Below are positions 1-19,120 of a stretch of 64,000 nucleotides of DNA, in pieces (the stretch's first letter is position 1; each line of letters starts with the position of its first letter). Below the pieces are notes generated by a model, which was given only the letters and a program-made list of their open reading frames with translations, was not told the DNA's origin and did not search any database. The translations under genes and the position numbers were made by a program. Source of the stretch: Phyllobates terribilis (lineage: Eukaryota). The stretch covers positions 386,384,001-386,448,000 of the forward strand of contig NW_027362769.1 in the NCBI RefSeq assembly GCF_046119375.1, written 5' to 3'.

Positions 1-513
1 ACCTGCTCTCAGACATAACATTGCATTACTGTGGAAACCAGACCCCTGGGGTGCCACATTAGCAAATACCTCCAATTAAAAATGTAGTACAGTTCTCCTG
101 ATTAGCTATGTCACTTACCTCATTTGCATTGCATTGCAGTAGCTTAGGTATCCATGGTTACGACCACTCATATAGTGACAATTAGTTGCTAGTGGTCGTG
201 ACCAAGGATACCTAAGCTACTGCAAGGCCATGCAAATGAGGTAAGTGACATAGCTAATGAGGAGAACTATACTATGTCGCTTACCTCATGTGCAGGACAT
301 TCCAGTAGATCAGGTATCCATGGTTACGACCACTAGCAACTGTCAATATATGAGTGGATACCTAAGCTATTGTAATGCTCTGCACATGAGTTAAGCAACA
401 TAGCGAATCAGAAGAACTATACTACTTTTCTATTTTGAGGCATTTTTTTATATTGTTAATTTTACACTTCTACATATTGGGATAGGATCTTAGATATGGG
501 AATACCCCTTTTA
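1..513. mobile_element. Non-autonomous DNA transposon (MITE) remnant, T2/Kolobok-like, with internal inverted repeat
   Basis: Imperfect palindrome at ~92-270 (gttctcctgattagctatgtcacttacctcattt... / ...aaatgaggtaagtgacatagctaatgaggagaac), partial third copy at ~280-425, and a terminus gggaataccccttTTAA typical of TTAA-targeting frog MITEs. Confidence 0.55.
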
Positions 514-1189
514 AACCTGCGATCGGCTGATCGCTATTAGTGAATACAACAGTACTGGAGTATATAGCGTAAATCACAGTCTCCTAGGAGACAGATGTTG
601 AAGCAGAGATGTCCTGGGGTAGCAGGGACTTTTCTATTATATCTACCCCAAAGTGATAAAACATGAGCCGCCCTGTGGGCGCCGGCAGAAAAGTACAAAG
701 GGTTAAGGTTTTTTTTGTTGAGATGAGAATAATGTTAGTGCTGCGCCTGTAATCCGGAATCTGATAATCCAGAGATGAGACAATCCGCCCTGTCACTGCC
801 GGACGACGCGTCTGCTCACAGCGGAGCCTCAGACCATCTGTCAGATGATACTAGATGGAGATTTATGACATGAAAAGCTGTTGCCTGCAGCAACCAATCA
901 CAATGCAGCTTATTTTTTTTATACTGGATTGGTTGCTACGGACCACCTTTAAGACTGTGAGCCCACAGCAACCAATCACAGTGCAGCTCTCATTTCCCGG
1001 AGTGTCCTTGAAAACTGCAGTGTGATTGGTTACCACGGGCACCCTTAGTTTTTTTATGCGAGTCAGTCCGCCATGTTGGTGGTTGTTATTATTATTAGGA
1101 GTCACCAGGAATTAGTCAAGGATTATAAAGGCTTTAGTTTTGTCCCATTTATCACCACAGGACATGACTGCTCTCCGCCATTACTCAGC

Positions 1190-1572
1190 TAACAGCCAAT
1201 AGCGCTTCGAGTCCGCCCTTCCCTGCTCTGACGTCACTAACAGTCACCGCCTCCTTTACCGCCGTGACATTCCACCAATCAACAAGAACTTTCTCTTTGA
1301 CCAATCAGAGCTCAGCTGGGGGGGCGTGTCTTCTTCCCACTTACACGCAACGGAAAGAGGCGTGGTCCGGATAAAAAAAAAAAAAAGTTCGAATTCCTCC
1401 GTCATCCTCAGCCAATCGGATCGGTCGCTTCTACCGGACGCATGCGCGCATCGTGCTCCGCCTCCATTCGGGGAGAGGCCTTGTCGTGCGTGCGGTGACG
1501 TCATTAGCCGGCGAAGCTCGGAACCGGCTGCACACGTGATCGCCTCGCACTGTTGTGGTTCTCACTGTGATC
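1190..1572 (+). promoter_or_regulatory. CpG-rich housekeeping promoter / 5' UTR of ppp1ca
   Basis: Several CCAAT boxes (~1196, 1275, 1301, 1412), two TGACGTCA CRE sites (1229-1236, 1496-1503), GC boxes, NRF1-like GCATGCGC (~1440), directly upstream of the ATG at 1573. Confidence 0.75.
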
Positions 1573-9271
<7,699 letters not shown>

Positions 9272-11654
9272 TGACCCCTTCCCCCTCTCTTCTCTCCCCC
9301 CCCCCCCCCCCGTAGCCCCTTCCCCGTTACTTCCCCCTGACACACTGACATTGACCTCCCTCCAGGACTCTATTCCTCGGAGGAGGAGGACTCTGATGGG
9401 CTGGGAGACTTCATGTTACCTCGCACTGACACCCAGGGGCTCCAGGTGCAGGGATGAAGACCACCTGCCATCGGAGCCGTCTCTGCCTTAACCCATGGAC
9501 GTGGTGGCGGGCAGAGTCCATTCCTCCTCGCGGTGCCTTACTGCAGTGCGGTGACTTACGGCAGATGCAATCTCAGGGCTTTTCTTGCACCCAGACGCCA
9601 TCGCAGCCCCCTCCTCTGTCGGCCTCGTGTCTGCATTCATTTTACGTTGCCTTTTTCTTTTCTTTTTTTTAATGTCTTTGGAAGCTGTGCCCGTCGTGTA
9701 GATCTGCTGTGGAGGTGGGCACCTTGCGGCACTGCCGGTTTTAACCATTTAATGGCCCGGCTTGCAGCTGCTGTCAGGGTCGCAGGGTGCCCTCCTCGTT
9801 ATATCATGTTCCTGGTCAGGATTGCTCATAGCAGCCTCCAGAGCCGAGGCTGGCCTGTAAGACCCCTCTGGCCCGTTCCATTGGTCTACGTTGTGCCCTC
9901 ACTTGTGCCAGGACCCGGGCGACGCCAATCTCTGGAGGTAAAAGTAAAACCACTCTTGCTGGATTGATGTTTCCCCTCAGGTGACCCCCATGTGAGATGT
10001 ATAATGTCTTACCACCGGTGGGCTGGGTGGGCACTTGGGCTCGGAGTCTGTGGCATCATACCCAGGTGTATGGGGGACGAGGGGTGAAGCAACCACTGTA
10101 GTGTATCTTACTGCTGTCATATCTTCTACTTGCGTCTGATTGTACAGATCATGTCATGTCTGGTGTCAGTCTTGTACCCGGAGGCCGGGTGATGGGTGGG
10201 TGACGCCCGCGGTGGCCCTGGGTGTGTGACTGCTGCCAGCCAATGCTGAAGATACACAATCTGTCTACCTGAACTGCTGCAGGGAACTTTATTTTTTATT
10301 TTGGGCACCAGTTGCGCCCTCGGATCGTGGCCTACGGCGAGGAGGGGGTAACTGGCGGAGTTCTGAAATCGCGGCATACGTCAGGGACCAGCCCCGTGAC
10401 TGGAGCGTGGCAAATGGGGTAATGGGCTGTGCCCTCGTATTGTGGTATATGGGGAGGGGTGTCTGGGTGCGGGCTCAGATTGTGGCATGTGTGGGGGCTT
10501 TCTGTGTGCTTGGATTGTGTCATATGGGAGGGTGGCTGCATGCTCAGATCACGGGGGTTTGTCTGTGCGCTTGGATCGTGGCATATGGGAGAGGGGACGG
10601 GACTGGCTGCGTGCATGGATCTTGGCAGGAGGGGCCCGGCTGTGCCGAGGGTGGGATCGGCTGCATGCTTGAATCATTGCGTACGGGGGTCGGCTGCTCG
10701 ATCGCAACATGGCATATAGAAGAGGGGGACACCTGCTGCATGCATGGATCCTAGCAGAAGGGGCCCGGCTGTCCTCTTGAATCATGGGGGCCACGGCTGC
10801 TCAATTGGCTTGCGGCGTCCGGGGGCCACAGCTGCTCGCTCGGCTAGCGGCCTCCGGGGGGCACAGATGTCACTCTTGCAAATGTTTTGGAGGCTGAAGT
10901 GATGACATTTGCTGAGGGTTCTCTTACTTAATCTGTAGACTGTCCGCCATCATCACTGCTCCTGCTGAGATTGATTTCCATGCATTGTGCTCCAGTCACA
11001 CCCAGAGCTGCACTCACAGTCCGACCTCCTATAGGGCAGAACGGTTGACATTTGCCCCTCGCTGAGATCCCATGATGCTTTGCTCTTCCGACTACGAGGC
11101 TGTCTGTAAACACTAAACGCTGGGGTGCAGTGCATGATGGGGGCCATTAACATTGTGGTTGCAGCTCTAGCTGTGAGCGGAGCACAAGTCGGGATGCAGC
11201 TCAGGATTGGTATAAACTAATGACTACGACGTGAACCTACCGCTCAGGGACCAATAGATGCAATGTAGGGATCAGCGGGGGACGGTGACTGTAGATGATG
11301 GGAGGTGTAGTCCTCAGTCTGTGGAGCCGCTCCAGAGTTTACATATCGGTTCCTATAAAGGGATCTACAGGCCAGCGGACGAGTGGGGGTGGGGTAATAC
11401 TGCTGTGTGTCTCTTCCCTATTGAAAAGCTGAATTTTGGCTTTTTAATGAGAACTTTTTATCTTGTCTGAAATGAAATGAATGTAGAAATAATGGCGGCT
11501 CGTGTGGTTCTTTGTATCGGGGGAAGGGAGGATGGTTCATCGAGGGAACAGAAATACAATAATGAACACTGTACTGGTGGTGTGGGGGATGGACACTGCC
11601 TTGAAAAAGTCTTCATACCCTGTGAACTTTTCCATGTTACATCCACAAACTTAA

Positions 11655-12306
11655 CCCCTTCATGACCAGAGCATTTTCCGTTTTTGAGTTTTCATTTTTT
11701 TGCTCCCCCTTGTTCCCAGAGCCATAGCCTTTTTATTTTGAATGGGGCAAAAGGGGGGTGATTAAAACTTATTTTTATATTTTTTGTTTTGTTTTTTTAA
11801 AATATTTTTTAAAACATTTTTTTTTACACTTCTTGCATGTTTCTATAGTCTCCATAGGAGACTAGAAGCAGCACTTGTCTGATCGCCTCTGCTACATAGA
11901 GGTGATCTGCTCATCACCTCTATCTAGCAGAAATGCTCCTGTGCTATGAGCGCCGACCACTAGGTGGCGCTCAGCACATGACAACCACTGGGCTCTGCTG
12001 CAGACCCAGGGTTGTCATGCCCACCCATCAGTGACCCGCGATCACGTGACGGGGTCACCGATGGGCGGAGTAAGTGATGCCCTTCCGGCGCGGCGATGTT
12101 AAATGCCGCTGTCAGAGATTGACAGCGGCATTTAACTAGTTAACAGCCACGGGTGGATCGCGATTTCACCTGCGGCTGTTGCGGGCACATGTCAGCTGTA
12201 GAAATCAGCTGACGTGCCAGGTTCAGTGCGGGCTCACCGCCGGAGCCCTCACTGAATCGGGGCTGATGGCCTGGTGCGTACTATTACTGACCATGTCGGA
12301 AAGGGG
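11655..12306. mobile_element. piggyBac-like MITE (TTAA-CCC...GGG-TTAA)
   Basis: Flanked by TTAA at 11651-11654 and 12307-12310; ends ccccttcatgacc / gtcggaaagggg. A related copy lies in reverse orientation at ~63089-63625. Confidence 0.75.
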
Positions 12307-12310
12307 TTAA

Positions 12311-12867
12311 AAGGGTTTTCCCACGAACAAAATTTGATTTTAATGAGTAGATCTTGGAATAATAATAATTTCCACAATTGGATGTGTTTAAATAAAATGT
12401 TCCTGTGCGGAGATAATCTTCTAAATGTGCCCCTGCTGTGTACTGTGTAATGGCCGTGTCTGACTGTACAGGAACACGGTCTGATCATACCACATCTCCT
12501 GGGCAGGGGAGGAAGAAAAAGAGTATACAGACATTACAGCACAGGATCACAGCTGATTCTTTTTGTGAGCTAAAATATTTCACTGCCTGTTTTTAAACAA
12601 TGTTTTACTTCAAAGAAAGAATCAGCTGTGATCCCGTGCTGTAATGTCTGTATACTCTTTTGCTTCCTCCCCTGCCCAGGAGCTGTGGTATGATCAGACC
12701 GTGTCCCTGTACGGTCAGACACAGCCATTACACAGTACACAGCAGGGGCACATTTATAAGATTATCTCCGCACAGGGACATTTTATTTAATCACATCCAA
12801 TCGTGGAAATTTTTATTATTCAAAGAGCTATTGATTAAAATCAACACTTGTTTGTGGGAAAACCCCT
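12311..12867. mobile_element. T2/Kolobok-type palindromic MITE
   Basis: Ends aagggttttcccac / gtgggaaaacccct, TTAA on both sides; nearly the whole element is an imperfect inverted repeat. Confidence 0.8.
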
Positions 12868-13635
12868 TTAAATGTAATTTATTGGGATTTTCTGTGATCC
12901 CTAAGTACAAGTATATGTGATGTGTAAAGTAATTGTTTAAAAATATATAAATCTTAGAATTGTGAGGTGCATTAGTCTTCAGCCCCGAGTCAGATCTTTG
13001 TCGGACCACGTTTCTCTGCAGTCTTTTGGGGTCTGTCTCTCCAGCTTTGCACATCTAGAAGTGATATTTTTCCCCTTCTTCTTTGCACACTCGCTCTCGC
13101 TCAGTGATCGGATGGAGACATCCGTGATCAGCAATTTTCAGGTCTTGTCACAGATTCTCTGGGATTAGGGTCTGGACTGTGACTGCACCGTTCACACACA
13201 TGACTATGCTCTGATCTAAACCCTCCATTGTAACTCTGGCAGGAGGTTTAGGGTCAGTGTCCTGCTGGAAGGTGACTCTACGCCCCAGTCTCAAGTCTTT
13301 TGCAGCATTTAACAGGTTTTCCTCCAGGATTATCCTGTATTTAGCTCCATCAATCTTCCCATCAACTCTGACCAGCTTCCATGCCCCTGCTGAAGAAAAA
13401 CCTCCCCACAGCATGATGCTGTCCCCACCATGTGTGATGGAGGGGGTGGTGTTTTCATGATGATGTGCAGTGTTGGTTTTCCACCACACACAGCGTTTTA
13501 CATTTAGCCAAAAAGTTGTACTTTGGTCTCTTCTGACCTGAGCACCTTCTTTCACATGCTTACTGTTTCCCTTACATGGCTTTTTGCAAACTTTTAACTG
13601 GACTTCTTATGGCTTTCTTCTTGTTATTCTTCCAT

Positions 13636-13803
13636 AAAGGCCAGAGCCCCACTATCAGTATTTTTTCTCAGGAGTGGGTGATAAATGCAGAATTGGTGAC
13701 TTGTTTCTATTATACCTTTTCTCTGATTCTTCCTCACCTGGTTTTGGCTCCCACTCTTGAGGAAAATATACTGACCGAATATGGATAGTGGGGTCAAGGC
13801 CTA
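13636..13803. mobile_element. PIF/Harbinger-like MITE (short copy)
   Basis: ggccagagccccactatcagt...gatagtggggtcaaggcc with TAA-like flanks; same family as 22764-22980. Confidence 0.65.
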
Positions 13804-14701
13804 ACAGTCGTCCTGTGCCCAGATTCTCCCCCCTGAGCTGTGGATCTCTGCAGCTCCTCCAGTGATCATGGGCCTCCTGGTTGCTTCTCTAATTAGTGCT
13901 CTTGCTTAGGATGTCAGGTTAGGTGGATGGCCAGGTCTTGGTAGGTTTGCAGTTGTTCCATACTCCTTCCATTTTTGGATGATGCAATGAACAGCGCTCC
14001 ATGAGATGTTCAGAGCTTGGGCTATTTTTTTTTATAACCTAACCCAGCTGTCCTCTTCTTCTTTTTATCACTGACCTGTCCTGTGGGTTCCTTGGTTTTC
14101 ATGAAGCTGTTTGATCCCTAATGTTCTCAAACCTCTGAGGCCTTCACAGAACAGCTTTAGTGGCCATAATGTACTAATGTGACTTCTAAAGACAATTGAT
14201 TACTCAGGATTTTATTTAGGGGGATCAGACTACAGGGGGCTGAATACAATTACACAGAACACTTTGCAAATGTATATTTTTTTTTAAATAATTTGTAAAC
14301 CTTGTATCACTTCCTTTACACTTCACAATCACTTGCCACTTTGTGTTGGCATTACATAAAATCCCCCATAAAATATATTTACTTTTGTGGATGTAACGTG
14401 AAATAAATTCAGAAAAGTTCCAGGGGTAGGAATACTTTTTTCAAGGCACTGTGTATATATAGATATTATCCCACTCAAAAAAAGAGACCGCCGCCTGGTG
14501 GGGGCTGCAGGGAGTGCTTTGTAGGTTGGAGCAGGTGGCGCTGATCTCTGGGATTTCGGAGGATTCTGCAGATAAAACTGAGAAATAACATTTAAATACA
14601 AAAATACTTTATTAAGAAAATTCCCATGACATATGCAAACAGTGTCAACACTCCAGCACCCTCCGGTGCCACTGGTGAAGGTTCCCAGATGTCATTAGTG
14701 C

Positions 14702-17700
14702 TCAGCTGGTCGCCCTGAAGCGAGGGTCCGGGCCGCGTCTCGTCAGGTCGGTGAAGGTGACCCGCGTCTGGAGAGCGGATGTGTCCCGACACTGCAGAAA
14801 GGAAATGGTCGTCAGTATCGGGCTCCACCGCCCGGGGGTCGCACCGCCAAACACTGCTCCACCGGCTGCAGACACTCACCTGGACAAGCTGACACCTGAA
14901 GACAAAGCGAGCCCCGATAACCTGGGATTGAGGATTGGACTGCAGGCCAGCCCTCGCCCACAGGATCTGCATGTGCAGGGAGGTGGGGATGAGACAGGCG
15001 GAGGCGCAGTCACCCTAAGGATGGAGGAGCGGCGTCAGGATCATACACTACTCCAGTCACAGCCAGAGCTGCAACGCCTGGCATCACCGAGGTGCATGGT
15101 GGGAGATGTAACATTCCTTTCTATAAATGATCGCTGTTCTGGCACCACAACTCTCAGCACACCCTGCATGCTGGGACTTGTGGTTAGCAGCAGTTATGTA
15201 TGAGGGGGTCACCTGGAGGCTGCAGTTCTGGTAGATGATGGGCGTCCGGTCCCCGTCCAGTCCTGCGGTGACGTTGCCGAGCATGGCCAGGCTCCCCGGT
15301 GCTTGTCCCCCGAGCAGCAGCTGATATGCCCGGGCATGGAGCTCGCTGCACGTCTCCGCGTCTCCTCCTCTGTGGAGGAGCGACACTGGTTACTACTTCA
15401 TTACACATCGGGCAGGAACATGCAGGAAGGAGCACTCACCGGATGGCACAGCCGCTCAGAGAGTTCACCCCGAACTGTGTATCGCTGCGGCTGCAAGAAT
15501 CGCCCGTCAGAGACCGCAACATGGAGAGCTGCAGGGGTCAGGAGTAATAACGGCATGAGTACAGCGGGGGGAGCAGGCACTATCTATGGCGGCGCAGGGA
15601 TGGGAAGCTGGGATAGGGCAGGACCCAGGTACACACATGCCGCTGGGCTATTGAAGGATACGCGGCCGATGTCGCTCAGCACAGGGCGTCCAACCAGGTA
15701 CCCCGGGTTCCCGCTCCTGGACCAGGCAGGACCCTGCGACGCTGAAGCAGCCGGCTGTGGAGGAGAGCGAGACGTCACAACACGCAGCAGGAGGAGGAGA
15801 GCAGCAACATGGCCGACACAGCTGTCATCTCCACCCTGAGGCACCACTACAAGTCCCAGCATGACTGTTCTGTACCCACTGAGCAGGACGCACCTTATAC
15901 ACCATGGAGAAGGTCTGGCTGAGGCGTGCGCTCCCTGCGGACATGTTGCTGAGGGTGAAGGCTGCGCTCACGCCCGTGATGCCCTGCGTGCCATTGTACA
16001 GCACCGTGTAGATCACCTGCCACGGGAACAAAGAAGATCAGGACCCTGGGGGCCACACGGCCACCATTACCGCCCCTTGCAGACAGGTCAGGCTGACCCT
16101 CAGCCTATAATGGTGCAGTCACCTGGGTAACCACGTTACTACAGACATCTCCTCGCAGGACGGGGGTCTCTGTCACATCGCTGGTGATGGGGACCTGCGG
16201 ACAGAGCAGAGCGGTGAGAAGGGTCTCCACAGCACAACCCTCATCCTCCCAGCAGCCCCTTCTCTTACCCTTATAGCGTTCTGATCCGTCGCGTCCGCCG
16301 GGACCCTCAGTACGGCTGTGTCCTGGTAATAGAATGACGGTGACAAGGAGAGGTCGGTCTCACAGGCGGCGGCCACATTGCTGAGCGCACGGACACAGGA
16401 AGTCGTGTCACCCTGCAGGAACTCTGGGAAATAAATGCACGCGGTATTATACAAGGACAGGACACAAACCAGGTGTGGCAGGAGGAGAAGCTGCAGGGAG
16501 AACACGACGGTGGATCCTCTCTGCAGCCTCCGGTTACTGCAGTGAGTGCGCTGTAATCACTGCTGAGGAGATGCAGAACAGCTGTGCCGTCTGCCCCGCG
16601 GTCTCGTGGACGGGCCGTCTGTCCCGCGGTCGGGCCATCTGTCTCGTGGACGGGCCGTCTGTCTCGTGGACGGGCCGTCTGTCTCGTGGACGGGCCGTCT
16701 GTCCCGCGGTCGGGCCATCTGTCTCGTGGACGGGCCATCTGTCATGCGGTCTTGTGGACGGGCTGTCTGTCCCGCGGTCTCGTGGACGGGCTGTCTGTCC
16801 GGGACACATCATCACTGGCAGCTCTGGTGGTGACAGGCCCAGAGCTGGCCACTTACTGTCACTTACTTGCAGGGTTGCCATCTGCACACAGACTCTGACC
16901 CCCCAGGGCCGCCGGCTGCCTCAATGCTCCCAACACCCCGGATGTGGAGACGGTAAGAACGGGATCACCGGCCTTAGAGGAGACAACGGGAAATGAGAGC
17001 GCCAATTGCACCCCAAGATGGCAGACTGCGGCAGTTCCAGACTCTCACCCGGTAGAAGGTGGAGAACGCGGGCGTGGAGGCGGAGGCCGGAGAGAATGAC
17101 GCCCCTCTGAACGGGTCACTGACGGAGGCAAAGTTCTCTGCATCCACCCTCCGAGGGGTCACAAAGTAATTCACCGAGGCTGAAAACAGAGAGAAGGTCA
17201 CAGCGGGCGGCCGATGCCGGAGGGCGGGAGGGGGGTCGGTACCAGTGGACACCGGACCGGTTCCTTACCATCAGCCGAGGAGACGCAGAACAGCTGTGCG
17301 GGGGCTGCGCCCAGGAGGGTGGATGGGTACGGGGTGTTATTCCGAAAGATCAACCAGTTATAGAGACACGTCCAGCGCTCCGCCCTGCAGAGGAATCACT
17401 GGTGACAGTGAGGACAGCGACTGCTCTCAGTTATCAGTTACATCAGATGAGGTCGACACTAGGACCGGTGAGGACAAACTACTGCTCCCTGGTATCAGCC
17501 AGGTCAGTAGATGAGGTCGACACCAGGAGCGGTGGAGATTGGGGGCAGGGGCCCTTTAATACGTTTTGTGGGGTCTCCTTACTTGGTGCTTCCAGGTAAA
17601 CAGAAGGAGAAGACGTTTGTGGGGTCCCCGGACGTGCAGTCGGGGTCACAGCAGCAGTCGATGTCACAGCTCCCAGGTGACAGGTCACACGTGCAGATCG

Positions 17701-18188
17701 TCACGCCTGACGGAAAAGAAGAAACTTGTATTTGTTTGGTATCAGGTCCCTTTAAGAGATGATGTCATGCAGACACTTTCCCTTTAAGAGATTGTCATAG
17801 ACTTTTGCTTTAAGAGATGACGTCAGTAGACACTTAAAGGCCTAGTCTCTGCATTACATGGCCTCAGGGTTGCTTCATCCCCTTAAAGGGATAACGTCAT
17901 CCTTTTATCTTCTCTTAAAGTGGTTAAATCATGAAGACACGATCCCTATAAGAGTGATGGAGTCTAGACACTATCCCTTTAAGTTATGACCTCATGCAGA
18001 AGCTTTCTCTTTCCACACTAGAGGTTACATCACTCTTCCCTTCTAACATGACGTCATGCAGACACTCTTCCTTCGGAGATGACGTCACTTCCTCCCCTGC
18101 CCCGCCTCTTACCGGTCTCTGTTCCCCTGCAGCAATGTGCGGCCATGAGGAGCAATAAAGCGACCGTCCCTGCCATCTCCCGCGCCAT
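14702..18188 (-). CDS. tctn3: Tectonic-3 (ciliary transition-zone protein), 488 aa model
   Basis: Exons (minus strand) 18188-18113, 17706-17583, 17384-17269, 17179-17049, 16972-16867, 16423-16269, 16194-16123, 16016-15894, 15754-15662, 15528-15440, 15369-15213, 15014-14880, 14791-14702; phases are consistent; 1467 nt. Signal peptide [22 protein letters not shown]; tectonic motifs [69 protein letters not shown]. These resemble TCTN3 more than TCTN1/2 as I recall them. AATAAA at 14613-14608. Confidence 0.92.
16585..16800. repeat. Short tandem repeat (tgtctcgtggacgggcc-based) in a tctn3 intron
   Basis: Visible ~20/36-bp periodicity. Confidence 0.85.
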
Positions 18189-18204
18189 CACCAGGCCGAG
18201 GCGT

Positions 18205-18310
18205 CCGGTTGCCACAGAAACCGCTTCAAGTGACGTCACTTCTATGCGCCGGAAGTCTCTTCCCCTGGAACTTCCGTTGTCCGCCCTGTGCATGCCGGGA
18301 AATGTAGTTC
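18205..18310 (-). promoter_or_regulatory. tctn3 promoter: RFX X-box, CRE, ETS and ZNF143 motifs
   Basis: GTTGCCACAGAAAC (18208-18221, X-box-like), TGACGTCA (18231-18238), CCGGAAGT (18249-18256), GGGAAATGTAGT = reverse complement ACTACATTTCCC (18297-18308). X-boxes are the established hallmark of ciliary gene promoters. Confidence 0.65.
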
Positions 18311-18833
18311 CAGAAGTGGTGAATATGTAATCACCAGTGGGGGGCGCTGTGGGATATAACAGCGTAATAATAATAATAATAATAATATCCTGCTCATCAG
18401 TCTCCTCCTAGATCTCAGAGCTGACAGGAATCCACCGCAATATCGGACTTATTGTGGACTTGTGGCAATTTCCAATGCACGGCGCCCTACAGTGTCCGTT
18501 CTTGGTACTGCAGCTTCTATAGGAGCTGAGCCGCAGTGCAGTACCAAGAACGGCCACCACACGGTGTACGGCGCTGTACATTGTGCACCGGAGCTGGTAG
18601 CAGCCGATCCCTGGTGTTGTCCGGTGTCAGACCCCGCCCCAGAAAGTAACGCGTGGCTTTAATAATAACGCCAGGTTAGAGGGATTTTCCTATTTTTTAA
18701 ATAGTTTTTATTGACTTTTTATTCGTTTTTGCTTCATAAAATATTATCAGTATCTAAAACCAATCACATCGGGCTCTTTACAGCAGCCGTAAATCAAGAC
18801 TCTTCCCGCTTTACACTTATCTCTGGCTGTTGT

Positions 18834-18852
18834 GTTGCCATCTAGTGGTCAA
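18834..18852 (-). promoter_or_regulatory. Consensus CTCF motif between tctn3 and the 3' end of cd19
   Basis: Reverse complement reads TTGACCACTAGATGGCAAC, matching the core CCASYAGRKGGCRS. Confidence 0.6.
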
Positions 18853-19120
18853 AGTGAAAACTGCAAGATTTTTGTTTTTTACTTTTTTTTTTTTTTTTAT
18901 GAATAAATCTTGAAAAAAATGCTGAATATATTTGTGGGATGACGATGGCGGTGATGGCGCCTCCTGTCTCTGATGCCGTTCTCATCCCTGACGGTTAAGT
19001 TCAGGGCAGTAAAGTCGCCATCTGCAGCCGGAGACCTCAGTAGTGGACATCTCCATTCTTCTCCATGGACGCAGCACGCAGTCTTGGCGCAGCTTTGTAC
19101 GGAGCGTGGTACTTGTGGTT

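Larger units (their letters stand above)
11594..14451 (-). mobile_element. Degenerate Tc1/mariner element with nested MITEs
   Basis: Inverted termini cactgccttgaaaaagt..tcatacccc/tgtgaacttttc (11594) and gaaaagttccaggggtaggaatacttttttcaaggcactg (to 14451). Minus-strand transposase remnant at 13148-13555 (HGGDSIMLWG...FQQDTDPK). Confidence 0.85.

Noticed and set aside
10925-11110. Exon-like minus-strand segment (acceptor gtttacag, donor gtaag)
   Set aside because: No frame stays open through both sites, and there is no similarity to expected neighbours such as RAD9 or HVCN1. At most a non-coding exon.
15084-15386. Initial impression of SLC3A2-like sequence
   Set aside because: Neighbouring exons carry unambiguous tectonic motifs; this is a tctn3 exon.
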